Shown here: piece after piece, positions 44,166 to 58,471 of the stretch
Numbering within the stretch: position 1 is the stretch's first letter
Layout of the letters: the number at the start of each line of letters is the position of its first letter
NCBI GenBank assembly: GCA_964016885.1
Contig: OZ024757.1
Span: forward strand, 17,112,001 to 17,176,000
Source: Eledone cirrhosa
Lineage: Eukaryota
Length of the DNA: 64,000 nucleotides
Direction of reading: 5' to 3'
Position numbers and translations under genes: made by a program
The notes under the pieces: generated by a model
The model's input: the letters and a program-made list of their open reading frames with translations, nothing else
Databases searched by the model: none
What the model was told of the DNA's origin: nothing

Positions 44166-46246
44166 CCTTTCCTTCGAATGAAACAGTTCTAGTCCTGTAG
44201 AAGCCCATTTCTATATATGTATATATAAAGACGCCCTTCGGTCACGAATGACCATGGGATAAGCACCTAGAAAGTTCCCCTAGGAGGCACAAGTCCGAGC
44301 AAGGTTGTTTGTGGAAGACCAACAGTTACCCATATATACCAGTCTCCCTTCTCCACGCCAGCGATGTTGTCCAATGGAAAGGCAATGACTGATACAGCTT
44401 GGTACCAGTGACATCGTATCTGATATATACACTATATATACACTATATACGCTGTATATATACTATATATACACTATATACGCTGTATATATACACTATA
44501 TATACATTGTATACGCTGTATATATATATACACTATATACGCTGTATATATGCACTATATATACATTGTATACGCTGTATATATATATATATATATACAC
44601 TATATATGATGGTGTCCAAGGAAAAGGCAATGACTGATACAGCTTGGTACCAGTGACATCGTATCTGATATATACACTATATATACACTATATATACACT
44701 ATATATATACTATATATACACTATATACGCTGTATATATACACTATATATACATTGTATACGCTGTATATATATATATATATACACTATATATGATGGTG
44801 TCCAAGGAAAAGGCAATGGCCGATACAACTTGGCAGCACCAGTGATGTCGCAACTTATTCCTACAGCCGAGTAAACTGGAGCAACTTGATATAAAGTGTC
44901 TTACCCAAGAACACAAAGGAAAGCCCGGTCCTAGAATTGAACTCACAACCTCACGATTGTAAGCCCGACGCTCTAGCCACTAAGTCAAGTTTAATCGATA
45001 CATAACCAATTGTGTTTCTCAATACGAAAGTTCGACGAACAGTTTTACAAGTTTAAACGATATATAAAGGAATATATACCAATAATCGTGGCTTTGTGGT
45101 TAGGGTATTCAGCTCAAAATCGTAAGGTGGTGAGTTCGATTCCCGGAACTCCAGTCAGTCCCCTCAGCTGGCAAAAATGAGTTGTACCTGTAGTTCAATA
45201 GATCAGCCTTGTCACACACTGTGTCACACTGAATCTCCCTGAGAACTACGTAAAGGGTACGCGTGTCCGTTGAATGCTCAGCCACTTGCACGTTAATTTC
45301 AAGAGTAGGCTGTTTCGTTGATCGGATCAACAGGAACACATGTCGTCGTAACCGACGGTGAGCCTCCATACTAATAATATCAGTTGAGAAACTGTCAGAA
45401 TCAACCATCTCCAGTTGATCCGACTTGATCCCCCAAGCGAGACCAGCCAAGCTCAGGGATGTTATTCCACCATCTTGCTCGGGGTAGGACTAGGGTACTT
45501 ATGACTGGTAGTCCTAATAATTGTTTCTACTTTTGGCACAAGGCCAGCAATTATCCCAGTGTATTACTGGTACTTTATTTTATCGACCCCGTAAGGATGA
45601 AAGGCAAAGTTAACCTCGGCGGGATTTGAACTCAGATCGTAAAGGGCCGTAACTCTTTGCTGTAAAACATGGCGTCAGACCCTCTACCGACACTGCCAGT
45701 CCACCGCCCTAATAATAGCCGAAAATTCCTTTTCCTGTCTATATGGAGGTGAATCCAAACTGGCCACGCATCAGTGATCCACTAGAACCTCTAACGAATA
45801 AATATATAAATCCCCTTCGGTTACAAATGAGCATGGATTTGCACCTAGAAAGGAGAGCTTGTCAAACAAAGGGTCGGGCGAACCCTTCAGCCGTGTCAAG
45901 GAAGTGACAGCCCCTCTAGTGTTGGTGGTCTACATGATAAATGCATCCAGTATACGCTGTAAAGTGGTTGGTGTTAGGAAGGGCAAGCAGCCGTACAAAG
46001 CTTGCCAAACAAAGTGATGGGAGGGCCATCAGTTGTGTCAAAGACATAAGCAGGACATAGATCCCTGGCTTGTCTGGGAGATCTGTAGCCCCGCTTCAGT
46101 ACTGACTTGGTCTATGTAGACCCATTCAACCCTTGCTAACCAGGGAAAATGGACTTTAAAACGACGAGGACGATATATATATATATATATATATATATAA
46201 ATGGAAAAGAATGAAACGAAATTTCATTTCTCACTCTTAGTACATA

Positions 46247-46300
<54 letters not shown>

Positions 46301-46834
46301 CATATGTGTGTATGTGCGTGAGAGAGAGAGAGAGTGTGCGCGTGTGTGTGTGTGTGCGCGTACGCGCCAATGTTTATGTTGGCAGCTTGAGTTGCGTACC
46401 CTTAAGTAAAACAATAACTTAGCTATTCGATAAAAGAAGATCGATAAAATAAGTACTGAAGACGATATAAGTACTGAGTCTAAAATCACTTGAAGGCAGT
46501 GCTCCAGTTTGGCCACAAACCGTGGCTGAATCAGTGAGATTTGCACTAAGAATGTAGAAAACATTTTGTCCGACGCTCTAACCATACGTCAAACCACAGC
46601 AAAAGTGCAAAAGAGAAACATACGCATACACACACAACATCTACCTCATTCCCTCTTTAATAGTCTACTTGCACACACGCATATCTTTCTTTCTTCAGTG
46701 TCTCACTGCACACACGCACAAAGCTTGCAATGTCTAAAGGCAGTTCTCTCCCTTTATCTTTTCGTCTTTATTTTATTAGCTTGTTAATTTCGCACATACA
46801 AATACACAGAAACTCATTGTAATATATGATAAAA

Positions 46835-46890
<56 letters not shown>

Positions 46891-46918
46891 AACAAAAGAT
46901 GGTTAAAAGAGTTCCATC

Positions 46919-46989
46919 TATTTTATTATGCGCATTTCAAAAACAAATATCATCATGCAATAATATTTGTGTTTTCATCAGATAAAACA
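46919..46989 (-). ncRNA. Type I hammerhead ribozyme motif (family C)
   Basis: Same motif as 18523-18593; inverted partial copy at about 47412-47515. Confidence 0.8.
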
Positions 46990-47657
46990 GGAAGACATGA
47001 TATGAAGGTTAAAAAACACTTGTGGATAGTGCAGTTTTAAATCAACATATGAGAAGTAGTTTTAGATTGATGTGTGATATTGGGAAAAAATATTTTATTT
47101 TGAGGGGGGTGGGTGGAAAGGATGAAAAAGAGGAGGAGATGAGAGTAAAAAGTGGAGAGGGAGAAGTATAATGAGGAAGGAGGAGATAGGAGGAGAGATG
47201 GGTGACAGAGAGAGAGAGATAGCTTTTATAACTGAGAAAGATATATTGTTTTACATAGAGAGGTTGAAAACCGTTGGAAGATAATGTATAAATTAAAAGA
47301 ATTTGAAAATTAACGAATAGAAAAATAATGTAAAGTTAAGGTTTGTATATTGAGGGGTTTAATAATATGTGCGATGAAAAGAAAATGTTAATATGTATTA
47401 AGAATAATATTGAAATGCGCATAATAAAATACATGGAACTCTTTTAACCATCTTTTGTTCTTATATATTATGTATACTCCAGTCCTACAAACTGTAGAGT
47501 GCTTCTTATCCGATATATACATATATATATAAAGGAGTCGGGACCCCGACGGCTGAGCTCCTGCCATCTCAACAACTAGTTCCAACTCCTTCATATTACC
47601 ACACTATTACTCTGGTGAGTAATGGTCTAACAAAGTTTTACTGCATCCATTCTGATT

Positions 47658-47729
<72 letters not shown>

Positions 47730-47770
47730 CATATATACACACACATATATAATTGATTACAACAGTGACA

Positions 47771-47826
47771 TATACAAATACTTAGGTTTCGTTGGGTTAT
47801 ACACCCCAACTCATTCAGCCTGTTAT
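47771..47826 (-). ncRNA. Variant-core hammerhead-like motif (family E)
   Basis: Minus strand: acagg CTGAATGA gttggg gtgtataa cccaac GAAA cctaag TA tttgt. Confidence 0.55.
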
Positions 47827-48345
47827 ATAAAATAAAAATGGTTACGTTCACAGTTTGAATTGAGGTCTCTTAGAAAATATGTCAGGGCTCTTCAAAGGCA
47901 GATAATTTCGAATTTAGCTATAAATAAAAAAAATATTTTAGATACTGTAAATGGAGGGAATTATGAAAAAACCCACAAAGGTGGGGGACTTGTGCCAAGT
48001 TAGTAATTCAAAGAAATTAAATTCTTTTTAATTAAATTCAGTTAGTCTGGTCTGTACCATTTCCTGAGAATGAATTTCGTTTCGTGTGGACAACGACTAA
48101 AGCAGTCGAGTTAGGTATTTAAGCAGTGTTTCTCTGAAGTCAGTTGTGAGACTATATTCCACTTTTCCGAGTTACATAGCCGGCAAAATTCGTCTCATTA
48201 ACACAGGGAGTAGTTCAATGACGTAACCAATCACACAATATCAACAGACAGCATCTTTATATAGTAAGGTTACGTTTCCAAGGCAATCCAATTTAAAGAT
48301 AAAGAACGGACAGAAATGATGTTTTCATAGCCGAAGTCCATTCCC

Positions 48346-48434
<89 letters not shown>

Positions 48435-48859
48435 AATGAAAGGTATAGAAAACATTGTAGCGAAAAGCCAACAGTATTCCATAATATATATAAGTGACTA
48501 TAGCGTCAAAATGGGGAAAATAGTTAACATAAGATGTGGGAAAAATAATTCAAACTCATCTCAAAGAGAATCAGGATATAGATTCATCCACAGAATTTAG
48601 TGAAATCCAGGGAAAAATCAATAGAGCCTTAACTCATGATAAAATAAACTTTAAAATACTCATCCTTCAATTTGGAAAAACTTCAAATGCTCTGTATAGT
48701 CTTAAAGACTATTTCACGAAAACTTTCAGTGGAGATGGTCACGGTTGGAATTCGATCCTCAACAGAGCTCAACTCGATAACCAAGATTCTCACAGATTAA
48801 TATGCCAAAAAGGGATATATATATATATATATATATCGTATCTGATTTAGTGAATTACT

Positions 48860-49180
48860 GGTGGTGGTACCCAAATGAACATTCGATGCACAGGCAGAGT
48901 GTATACATTAAGAAAAACGACGAAGAAGTAGAAGGATAGAGGAGAGTGAGCAATCGTTTCACCATTTCTTGGAAAAGTTAGAGCGAGATGGTGAGAGAGT
49001 AAGTGAAGAAAAGTGTTTGTGAGACGTGGGATATTAGTATATACAAAAAGCATTGAAAGATCCAATGATCCCAAGGAGTGTCCAGGTGGAAGTCCATGTA
49101 GAGTCAGAGTAAATCCAATCTTATACTGAAGATCTAAGGTACGAATCTAACGGATTTCAGGTGTCCACGTAAGCATTGGT
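48860..49180 (-). pseudogene. Highly decayed Penelope-like reverse transcriptase fragment
   Basis: Minus-strand LPPGHSLGSLDLSMLFVYTNIP resembles the PLE RT motif LP...L...DV.SLYTNIP; flanking motif traces are weak. Confidence 0.5.
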
Positions 49181-49513
49181 GTGTGTATGAGAGTGGGTGT
49201 GAAAAGTAAACGGAAAAACACAACAGATATATATATTAGTTTCACGCTTAACTTAGTAAGAATAGTCTCAATGTTTCGGACGCTAGTCTGCTAGTCCATA
49301 CACACACACACACACACACACACATATGTCTTTTGTCGCATCACCAGTCCTAGGAGCAGATTGATAGTGGAGTCGGGTCCATAACACCTGTAGGTCACCT
49401 TCAGTCAATCCTCTGCGAAATACGCGTAACAGGTCGATACGCTACGCAATATTTTTCATATGTAAACGAAACTCCCACGTTTTTCTATGACACACACACA
49501 CACACAGATAGAT

Positions 49514-50722
49514 ATGTTTCTTTATTAGCCACAGGGGCACAAAAGAAGGGGACACATACAAAGGGGGAAGTTTACATACAATAAAAACGTGTAAAATGTT
49601 ATTACAAATGCAATTTAAAAAATTAGTCGATTTTCCCCAATAGGGGGAGACAGTTCATATGGGTAACACATACCCCCGAAAAAATGTGAAACCCTCATCT
49701 CCAGGAGTACGAAGAGTTTGTACTCCTTTACTCTCCTCCTCCTTTTCTTCAACCTACAGGCTGATATAAAGAGAAGGCCCATTCACTCGGGCCATTCTCG
49801 CCACTTTCACCCACCTTTCATAAAACTTGCTGGGGTACAGCACCTCTCTCTCCATCCTGATACTTCTTCCAAAGTGGTATTTGAAAAAAAGAATCAGTTG
49901 TTGGCCGGAGAGAAAGGTGTCTGACCTCAGCCCTTTCAACCTTGTCCACCATACAACCTCTTTCGCCATAGCTATCACACAAAGGAAAACCGCCTCTCCT
50001 TCGTTTTTGAAGGAGGGAGGCGGTTTGATCATGACAATGGACTCGGTGGTCAACCGGATTGGTCCCACCCGCGACAATAGTCGTTCTACATAGCCCCACA
50101 GGTCAGTGACGCCCGGGCAGTGTATGAATTCGTGCGCGACGATTTCTTCGTTACGCACGTACCTCGGACAGATCTTTTTTGCAGGGTCCCTGCCTGGGCG
50201 CCCATGTCTGTAGAGCTTGTCTCGAACTGGTAGAGCTCCTCGGTAGCATTGCCAGGGAATTTTGGAAGTTGTCCATCGGTCCCGGGCGGAAGGTCCTACC
50301 GAACAGACTGGCCAGTTCATCTTCCTCTACGCCTAGAGTTTCACCGAGCGCGTCGTCGCACTTGCTGCGGATAAACCCTCTATAGAATGACGAAGTGGAG
50401 TCTCCACTGATCGCCAGGTCCGCCTGCCAGAGGGCTGTGAGCGCCTGAGCACATTCGATGTGCCAGTCGCCCATTTTCCTCGGCCTTTGCTTGACCCAGG
50501 ACTGCAGCTCGGTCAGCCGAGACGAGTCGTGGGAAGGCTCGCCTCACGAACGGGGCCCACACCGGTTGTCCGGTGAGGAATACGTAGAGATGCCGCAGCC
50601 TGAGCGCGTGTTTGCGCATCGTCAACCACGGCATCCCCAGCCCTCCGTTAGAAGGGTGTTGGCAGCAGATGGATCTTCTCACCAAAGGAGCCCGCCTCTT
50701 CCAAAGGAATTGGAAGAGCGCA
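49514..50722 (-). mobile_element. Tx1/L1-clade LINE, 5'-truncated ORF2 C-terminus and 3' UTR
   Basis: FQFLWK...HPSNGGLGMP and a zinc-finger-like CPR...E...H.FIHCP...LW; frameshifted; aataaa at the 3' end. Confidence 0.85.
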
Positions 50723-50748
50723 AATAGATAGATAGATAGATAGATATA

Positions 50749-50834
<86 letters not shown>

Positions 50835-51119
50835 CGGCATTCCGTCGGTCCACGACGACGGATGTTCCAACTGATACGATCAACGGAATAGGCTGCTCGT
50901 GAAATTAACGTGCAGGTTCTCAGGGAGATTCAGCGTGACACAGAATGTGACAAGGCTAGCCTTTCGAATTATAGGTACAACTCATTTTTGCCAGCTGAGT
51001 GGTCTAGAGCAACGTGAAATAAAGTGTCTTGTTCATAGACACAACGCGTTGCCGGCAACCGAGCTCACGACCTCACGAATACCCACACAACAAAGCTACG
51101 CACCTTCACACACACAAAG

Positions 51120-51165
<46 letters not shown>

Positions 51166-52631
51166 GTGAAGACTAAAGAGGGCTCGCTAAGGATTATATA
51201 TATATATAACCCTGTAGAGCAAATATTCATTATAAGAACAGATTAAAGTTTAAGCAAAGAATCGCTGTTTTCACCCTTAACAGGATCTTCCGAGGCGAGA
51301 TTGGTCGGGAAACCGTGTCTCGCTCCTACAGAACTGTTCCTGGCAGGTTTTCTACGGTTAGATGTCCTTCCTAACACCAATCACATTTACAGTGTAGACT
51401 GGGAGCCATTTTATTGTAAATATATACCGTATATATATATACAGACACTCACAGTTGTGATCATGTGTCAGTGCTAGTGCTAATTAAACTAGTCATTTAT
51501 ACAACCAGTAATTTATTATATATGATGGCTCCTCCGTCGTCTTCGATGATGAGTTGTCAGTTGTTCGATCAATTTAACGCCAAACCTGTGAATCAATGTG
51601 TACATGGCTGAGTATTCCATAGACATATTTGTACCCATAAATAATATCAAAATCTCGTAGATTCGATATTATGTGAGGTAATTATGTGAGGTAAAGCCTT
51701 TACCACAAAAATACAATAGTATATATAGAGTAATGTAAATACTAAAGGTTTAAAGATTGTTTTTTTGGGTCCCTTTTGTAGCGTGTTTTGTTTTTATTAG
51801 ATACTGCTCAATCATTTTTAGTCAAACATACAGAAAAATAAAGCAGCATTAGAAAGGGCTTTAAATGCCATAAATCAGGCACGTTAAACTGGGGGTCCCT
51901 CGAGGGCCACACATGACAATTAATTGCGCTGGTTACAACTAATTTTTTAAATTTTATATTACGAAAATAAAACATATTCGTGCTGTAAAAATCTTTGTGC
52001 GGGCCGCAGAGGTGCTTGTAAAGGGCCGCATATTTGACATGACTGCCATAAATGAAAGGAAAACGGAAGGGGGGCAGCAAGGATTATTAAGCAACGGAAG
52101 AAAGAAAGAAGAAAGAGGAGAGAGTGATTGACTCTACACCTACGTCAGAGCAGTGTTTCGGCTGCATCCCAAAAGACATTCCCGCGGACAATGGCCAGTA
52201 ACACCCGCTGCAACAGCCACTACACTCCGCAAGGGTCCTTCCTCAGACGGGCTGCTGTCATTCTGATTTTACGGAGGAAGTCAGCTGTACAGAATCCAAT
52301 GATGCTTGAAGGTCTCGACGGCAACCGGTGCAAGGAGGAAGCGGCCGAACAAATTCCGGTATTTTGATTCAGCAGACGTATGATCAAATGCGCTCCACAC
52401 ATGACCATCAATTTTTTTTGTCGAGTATTGTGTATCTAGGACTATTTAATGGAATGTGTCCATTCATTTTCATGTCACCAGATTGTAATTTGAGGAAGAT
52501 TTGTTTACAGTTTCTAGATTTTAAAATGATCACGACGAATTGTTCCTTTGTTTACTTAAACAGAGTTGTCTCCCTTGAACCATTTTAATTCCCTTACATG
52601 AAACAGCAAATTAATGGGGCAACTTCTACAT

Positions 52632-53337
52632 CACAGGTTCTCAACCCATTTAGGCCAAACGCCCCCTTTTGTCCCTCGAAATCACGAAACGCCCCCCCCC
52701 CCCTTATTTTTCCATTTTTCAATATACTACTGATTTTTATATCAGTAGATAACTAAAAAATTGATTAACAATATTCCAAAGTTGTGTGTATTATCTGATT
52801 ATGTGTTGTATGTGGTCCTAGATGTGTGTGCTACTCGCTTCTGTTTTTTCTTTTCTTTTTTTTTTTATTTGTAATATTATTTATACAATAGGGAATAAAA
52901 TAGATCTACATAGTGTTAACTAGTTACGGTTGAGTCAATAATTTCAGACATGAAATACATTGTTATCGGTGAAGGAAAGATAAGATTCTAACTGGCTGCG
53001 CTCAAAGTGTCTTTGACCCAGTTGACTGTGGATTTTTCCATTTTTATGATCTCAATTATCGGTTAACGTCTCAATTATCGGACATGCCTGCATACCTGCT
53101 CACAGCTGCGGTCAGACTATAGTTATGCTGTCTGCAAGCTCATTCAAATGCATTCACACTGGTTGTCTCAAAGACATACAAATATGGCTTATAAAGAGCC
53201 TTCCAGCGCCCCCTAACCTCGCTCCCCTAGCTCCAAACGCCCCCTTAACGCGACATTGCTCCCAAACGCCCCCCCCCCCCCCCTGGAGTTCCGAAACGCC
53301 CCCCGGGGGTACATGTGCCCCCCGTTGAGAACCTTTG
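52632..53337. mobile_element. Non-autonomous hAT DNA transposon
   Basis: TIR ca(c/a)aggttctcaac; perfect 8-bp TSD ttctacat at 52624-52631 and 53338-53345. Confidence 0.88.
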
Positions 53338-55024
53338 TTCTACATGGTCGTACTATCTGCTGAAAATAGCAGCCAAAATCATCCTCTCCCAAGTCACAAA
53401 CCTGCCGTTTGAAATAATTGTTTCTACTTTTTGGCACAAGGCCAGAAATTACTCCAGTACATTACTGGTACTTTATTTTATCGACTCCATAAGGATGAAA
53501 GGCAAAGTTAATCTCGACTGGATTTGAACTTAGAACATAAAGGGTCATAACTCTATGCAGCAAAGCTTGGTGTCTGGTGCTACGGTCATGGTTGGAATGC
53601 CATAAACTATATGTCTATTCGATCGGTCAGTTTTGGCATGGGACTAAACAACATCACATCAATTTGTTTTGTTTTTGTTTTTAGTTCGAAATACAGGAGA
53701 AATGACACGCCTGTGTCTTTTATTCCGCAGTTAACCCCCATGTTCCTGTATTAATTGATGCTAGGGGTCGAACACGGGAATTATAATCGATCACAGCAAA
53801 ACTGAACTCACAATATTCTTTATTTAAAGTTTCGTGAAGATGCGGAGATTAGTGGTAAGAATACCCACATGTTTACCATAACTCATACACTATTCACTTC
53901 CCTGACATTTGTGTATTATTCTATGTACTATACCTTTGACGAGTTGTAGTGCACCTGAGCACTTTACACAATAATTTCATTATTATTATAATGTTGGGTT
54001 CACAATTGTGAGGTTGTAGGTTCGATTACCGAACCAGACAGTATGTTGTGTCCTTGAGCAAGTCACTTTATTTCATATTGTTTCAGTTCTCTCTGCAGGG
54101 AAAATGAGTTGCGACGTTACAGGTGCCAAGCTGAATAGGCCATTGCCTTTCCTTTGGTCAACATCATATATCGTGTATATACAGTCTATATATAATGTAT
54201 ATAGTGTGTATATAGTATATATAGTGTATATAGTGTGTATATAGTATATATAGTGTATATAGTGGATATATGAATTCCGATGTCACTGGTATCAAGCTGT
54301 ATCGGCCATTGCCTTTCCTTTGGTCAACATCATATATGGTGTATATACAGTCTATATATAATGTATATAGTGTGTATATAGTATATATAGTGTATATAGT
54401 GTGTATATAGTATATATAGTGTATATAGTGCTTATATGAGTTTCGATGTCACTGGTGCCAAGCTGTATCGCCTATCCTTTGGACATCAGTGGCGTGGAGA
54501 GGGGAGACCAGCATGCATGGGTGACTGCTGGTCTTCCACAAAAACAGCTTGCCCGGGTTTGTGCCTCGGAGGGGAAACTTTCTAGGTGGTCATTCGTGAC
54601 CCATACAGCTTCTAGATATATAGAGCCTGCTATAAAATGTAGTCATCATTTTCTTTAAATAACACCCTACATGTCTTTAAAAGAAGAAAACGTGATGGAC
54701 ACGGCTGGAATGCCTTTGATTTCAGGGTCGATCTGAGCGGAAGGAAATGAAAATACCTTGTCCGATTCACCGGATTTATTTTGGATGCACCGCTCATAGA
54801 ACCACACACACACAATTCGACGAGGGAACTCTCACCCTACCCAAACTCTAACCATAACCCTAACAAACCCCAAGCCCAACAGACTTTACAAATTAAAACC
54901 CTAACGGACCATAACCCTAACAGCAAAGAACCATTGTTAACTTTTACTCTTAACTCCTACGGCCTTGCTAATTCTAATCTTAACCTTAATGAAACATAAC
55001 CCAACCGCACCCAGTGGTTCCCAA

Positions 55025-55196
55025 CAGTGCTGGATTTAGGACAAATGAGGCCCTGTGTTAGTTATGTTATGAAGCCCCTTACTTGGGCCCTGAAGGAGGT
55101 AAAATATTTTTGGCAGGAAGATCCCCCCCACCACCACCATGGCCAACGGGGCCCTGTGCTTAAGCACACCTAAGCACAATGATTAATCCGGCATTA
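55025..55196. mobile_element. Short hAT MITE
   Basis: Ends cagtgctggatt / aatccggcatta; 8-bp TSD gttcccaa; it interrupts the left end of another element. Confidence 0.8.
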
Positions 55197-55946
55197 GTTC
55201 CCAACCTTTTGTGCACCATGCCCCACCTTATTGTTATGCTCCCCTTTGGTATGAAAACAGTGATGATCAGCTGCAAAGTATAAACAAATTGGTGTATAGG
55301 TGGCGCCAGATTCACAATAACATGTGTGGAGGAGCTGAGACAGGAGTTTCCGACAGTGATGTGTACCAAAGTTGTTTTAGTGTAAAAGTAGTAAGGTAAA
55401 ACCTGAAGTTTGTTCTCATTAACATTATAGTTACGTCCCTTTACGATCTGAGTTCAAATCCCCCCGAGGTTGACTTTGCCTTTCATCCTTACGGGGTCGA
55501 TAAAATAAAGTACCAGTAATGAACTGGGTAATTGCTGGCCTTGTGCCTAAAGTAGAAACAATTATTTTTAAATTTCTCCCCTTAAACATTTAAACTGCTC
55601 CCCTGTGGGGGCGTGTACCTCACATTGGGAATCACTTCTTTAACCTTAATCCCAACAGACCCTAATTAACGCTAACCTTAACCCTAATCCTAGCCCCAAA
55701 CGTGTTATAACTCTAACTTTAACCCAAAGTGTATAGATCGTATCTACAGCCATACAGGCGGATAAATTTTTTTAAAATACATTTATATCAGATAATGAAT
55801 TAATACATATAATTGTTTCTACTATTGGCACAAGACCAGCAATTACCCAGTACATTACTGGTACTTTATTAATGAATTAATACATATAATGAATTAATTA
55901 TTGCTAGGAACTTAAAAATATATAGTTAAAGTAAGTACGTCACACA

Positions 55947-56958
55947 TAGTGCCGGATTTAGGACAAATGAGGCCCTGTGCTAGTTAAGTTATGAGGCCCC
56001 AAACATTTGAAAAATTCTTCTTCTTCGCCCACTTATTCCCGAGAGGGTCGTGGGGCAGAGTCCTCAAACACTCCTTCCAGCGGGTCCTGTCAGAAGCAAC
56101 CGTCTCCAATTGATCCTGCTGGATCTCTAAGCGTGACCAGCCAAGCTCATGGATGTTATCCAACCATCTTGCTCGCGGTCTACCCCTGGGTCTCCTACCT
56201 ATTGGTTTCACCCGAAAAATCCGTCCCTGCGATTCTTTCCTGAGACATTCTAATTACATGCCCATAGTATCGGAGCTGTGATCCCTCAATTCGGACAAGC
56301 AGTGACTCTACCTGGGGCAACTCTCTGATCCCCGAGCTACGCACTTTATCGAGTAACGTTACTCCAAAGACCCTTCGAAAAATTCATTGTAAAAATATTT
56401 TTTGGCAAGAAGATGCCCCCCCCCCCCACCTCAGTTCAACGAGGTCTTATGCTTAAGAATCTCGCGGGGGCGCTTGGCCATCACCCGAGGTAGCGCTGCG
56501 AGCGTGCTGGCTTGCCTCAGGAATTATTGGAGAGGTTTCCCAGTGCTCCTCGCGATACTGTTACCCTTTGCTCGATTGTCCATCCCTTTCGCTGTATAAA
56601 TAACATTATAAAATTGTTTATAATTCTTACAGATGGAAAATATAAACACAAATAATTGTTTCTACTTTAGGCACAAGGCCAGCAATTACCCAGTGCATTA
56701 CTGGTACTTTATTTTATCGACCCCGTAAGGATGAAAGGCAAAGTCAACCTCGGCGGGATTTGAACTCAGATCATAAAGGGACGTAACTATGCTGGAAAGC
56801 ATGGCGTCCGACCCTCTACCGATACTGCCAATCCACCGACACAAATAATATATACAATTAATTATTGCAAGGAAACTTATTGTTCAAATAATTTCAGTTG
56901 ATTAATTAAAACGCATGTATAAAACCTCTTGAAAAGCACAATGGTAAATCCGGCACTG
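55947..56958. mobile_element. hAT MITE (same family as 55025) with nested insertions
   Basis: Ends tagtgccggattt / aaatccggcactg; 8-bp TSD gtcacaca. Confidence 0.85.
56018..56376 (-). mobile_element. RTE LINE 3' fragment
   Basis: GRRPRGRPRARWLD...LETVASDRTRWKECL; flanked by a gaaaaattc direct repeat (TSD). Confidence 0.88.
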
Positions 56959-57115
56959 GTCACACACCACAAGGGTCGTAAAATAAATCCAGTCAACCTC
57001 TGGAGATATTTACATTTTCTTCAAAGTAGATCAATTGTCAATGGTATAACTCTTACCACCAGAGGGCAGCAGAAACAGCAAGGACATCAACACAACAACA
57101 AGAGCCAGAACATCA

Positions 57116-57153
<38 letters not shown>

Positions 57154-57535
57154 ACATATACGGTCTGAGAATTGAACTCCCAACCTTTCGGCCTTGCAAT
57201 CGAAAGGTTGTGAGTTCAATTCTCAGACCGGGTGATGTGTTGTTTCCTTGAGCAAGACACTTTATTTCACATTGCTCCAGTTTACTCACCTGTAGAAATG
57301 AGATGATAGGGACTAGGGTCCATATCATTCCACTGCAAAGTGGTCGTGGAGGTGCCACGGCAAAAAAGCACCCAGCACTCACTGTAAATGAGGTTGGTGC
57401 TAGGAAGGGCATCCAGCTGTAGAAATCAAGCCAGAATCAGTTCCCGTCCCACCCTTGCAAGCAGGGAAAAAGCGGACGTAAAATGAAATGATGATATACA
57501 CACACACACATATATATATATATATACATACATAT

Positions 57536-57611
<76 letters not shown>

Positions 57612-57658
57612 GGAGGGATTACAGTCATCAACCACAATACCTTTAACCCTTTCATTAC

Positions 57659-58112
57659 TAGGCATGGATACATTGATGCTCCGATGTATGGCAACTGACT
57701 TGGTAGACAAGACCCACAAAATTATTAACCATCTTGCCAACAACAACCCTGAGCACCTTTTTGAATTCCATGTGTCTAACACCCGCGGGCATGTCTACAA
57801 AGTCAGAAAACAGCACATGACTTTCGGAAACATTTTTTCACGTTCAGTTGCTAAAGCTTGGAACAAACTACCTGCATCTATAGTTAGCTGCCGAGACACT
57901 GCATCCTTTAACACCTCCATGCTTCCTGAAATTCGCCAACACTACACCTGATATTCCCCCTCCATACACACGCACACATGAATCTGTGTGTATATCATGA
58001 CTCATACACTGTTCATTTTCCTGACATTTGTACATTGTTCTATTTAATATACATGCACCTTTGATAAGTTGTAGTGCATCTGAGCACTATACACAATAAT
58101 TTTCATTATTAT
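57659..58112 (+). mobile_element. CR1-group LINE 3' end
   Basis: NTRGHVYKVRK and AWNKLPASIVS motifs, 3' UTR and (att)n tail; solo tails at about 53865-53990 and 60370-60415 (minus). Confidence 0.85.
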
Positions 58113-58422
58113 GCCATGCTATGACGCATAGAGTTACGGCCCTAGCCATTCTGAGTTCAAATCCTGTCGAGGTTAACTTTGCCTTTCATCCTTACGGGGT
58201 CGATAAAATAAAGTACCAGTAATGTACTGGTTTAATTGCTGGCCTTGTGCCAAAAGTAGAAACAATTATTATTATTTTAATAGCAGCTGCAATGATAATA
58301 AAAACAACATCAGAAACAACGATAACGACGAAGACAAAAGCAACCACAACAACGAAAATAACAACAACGAAGACATCAAACACGAGAGTAACTACAACTA
58401 AGGCTTCGATCTTATTTTACAT

Positions 58423-58471
<49 letters not shown>

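Noticed and set aside
54845-55725. Telomere or interstitial telomeric array
   Set aside because: The taaccc units are few and degenerate and lie inside an apparent transposon.
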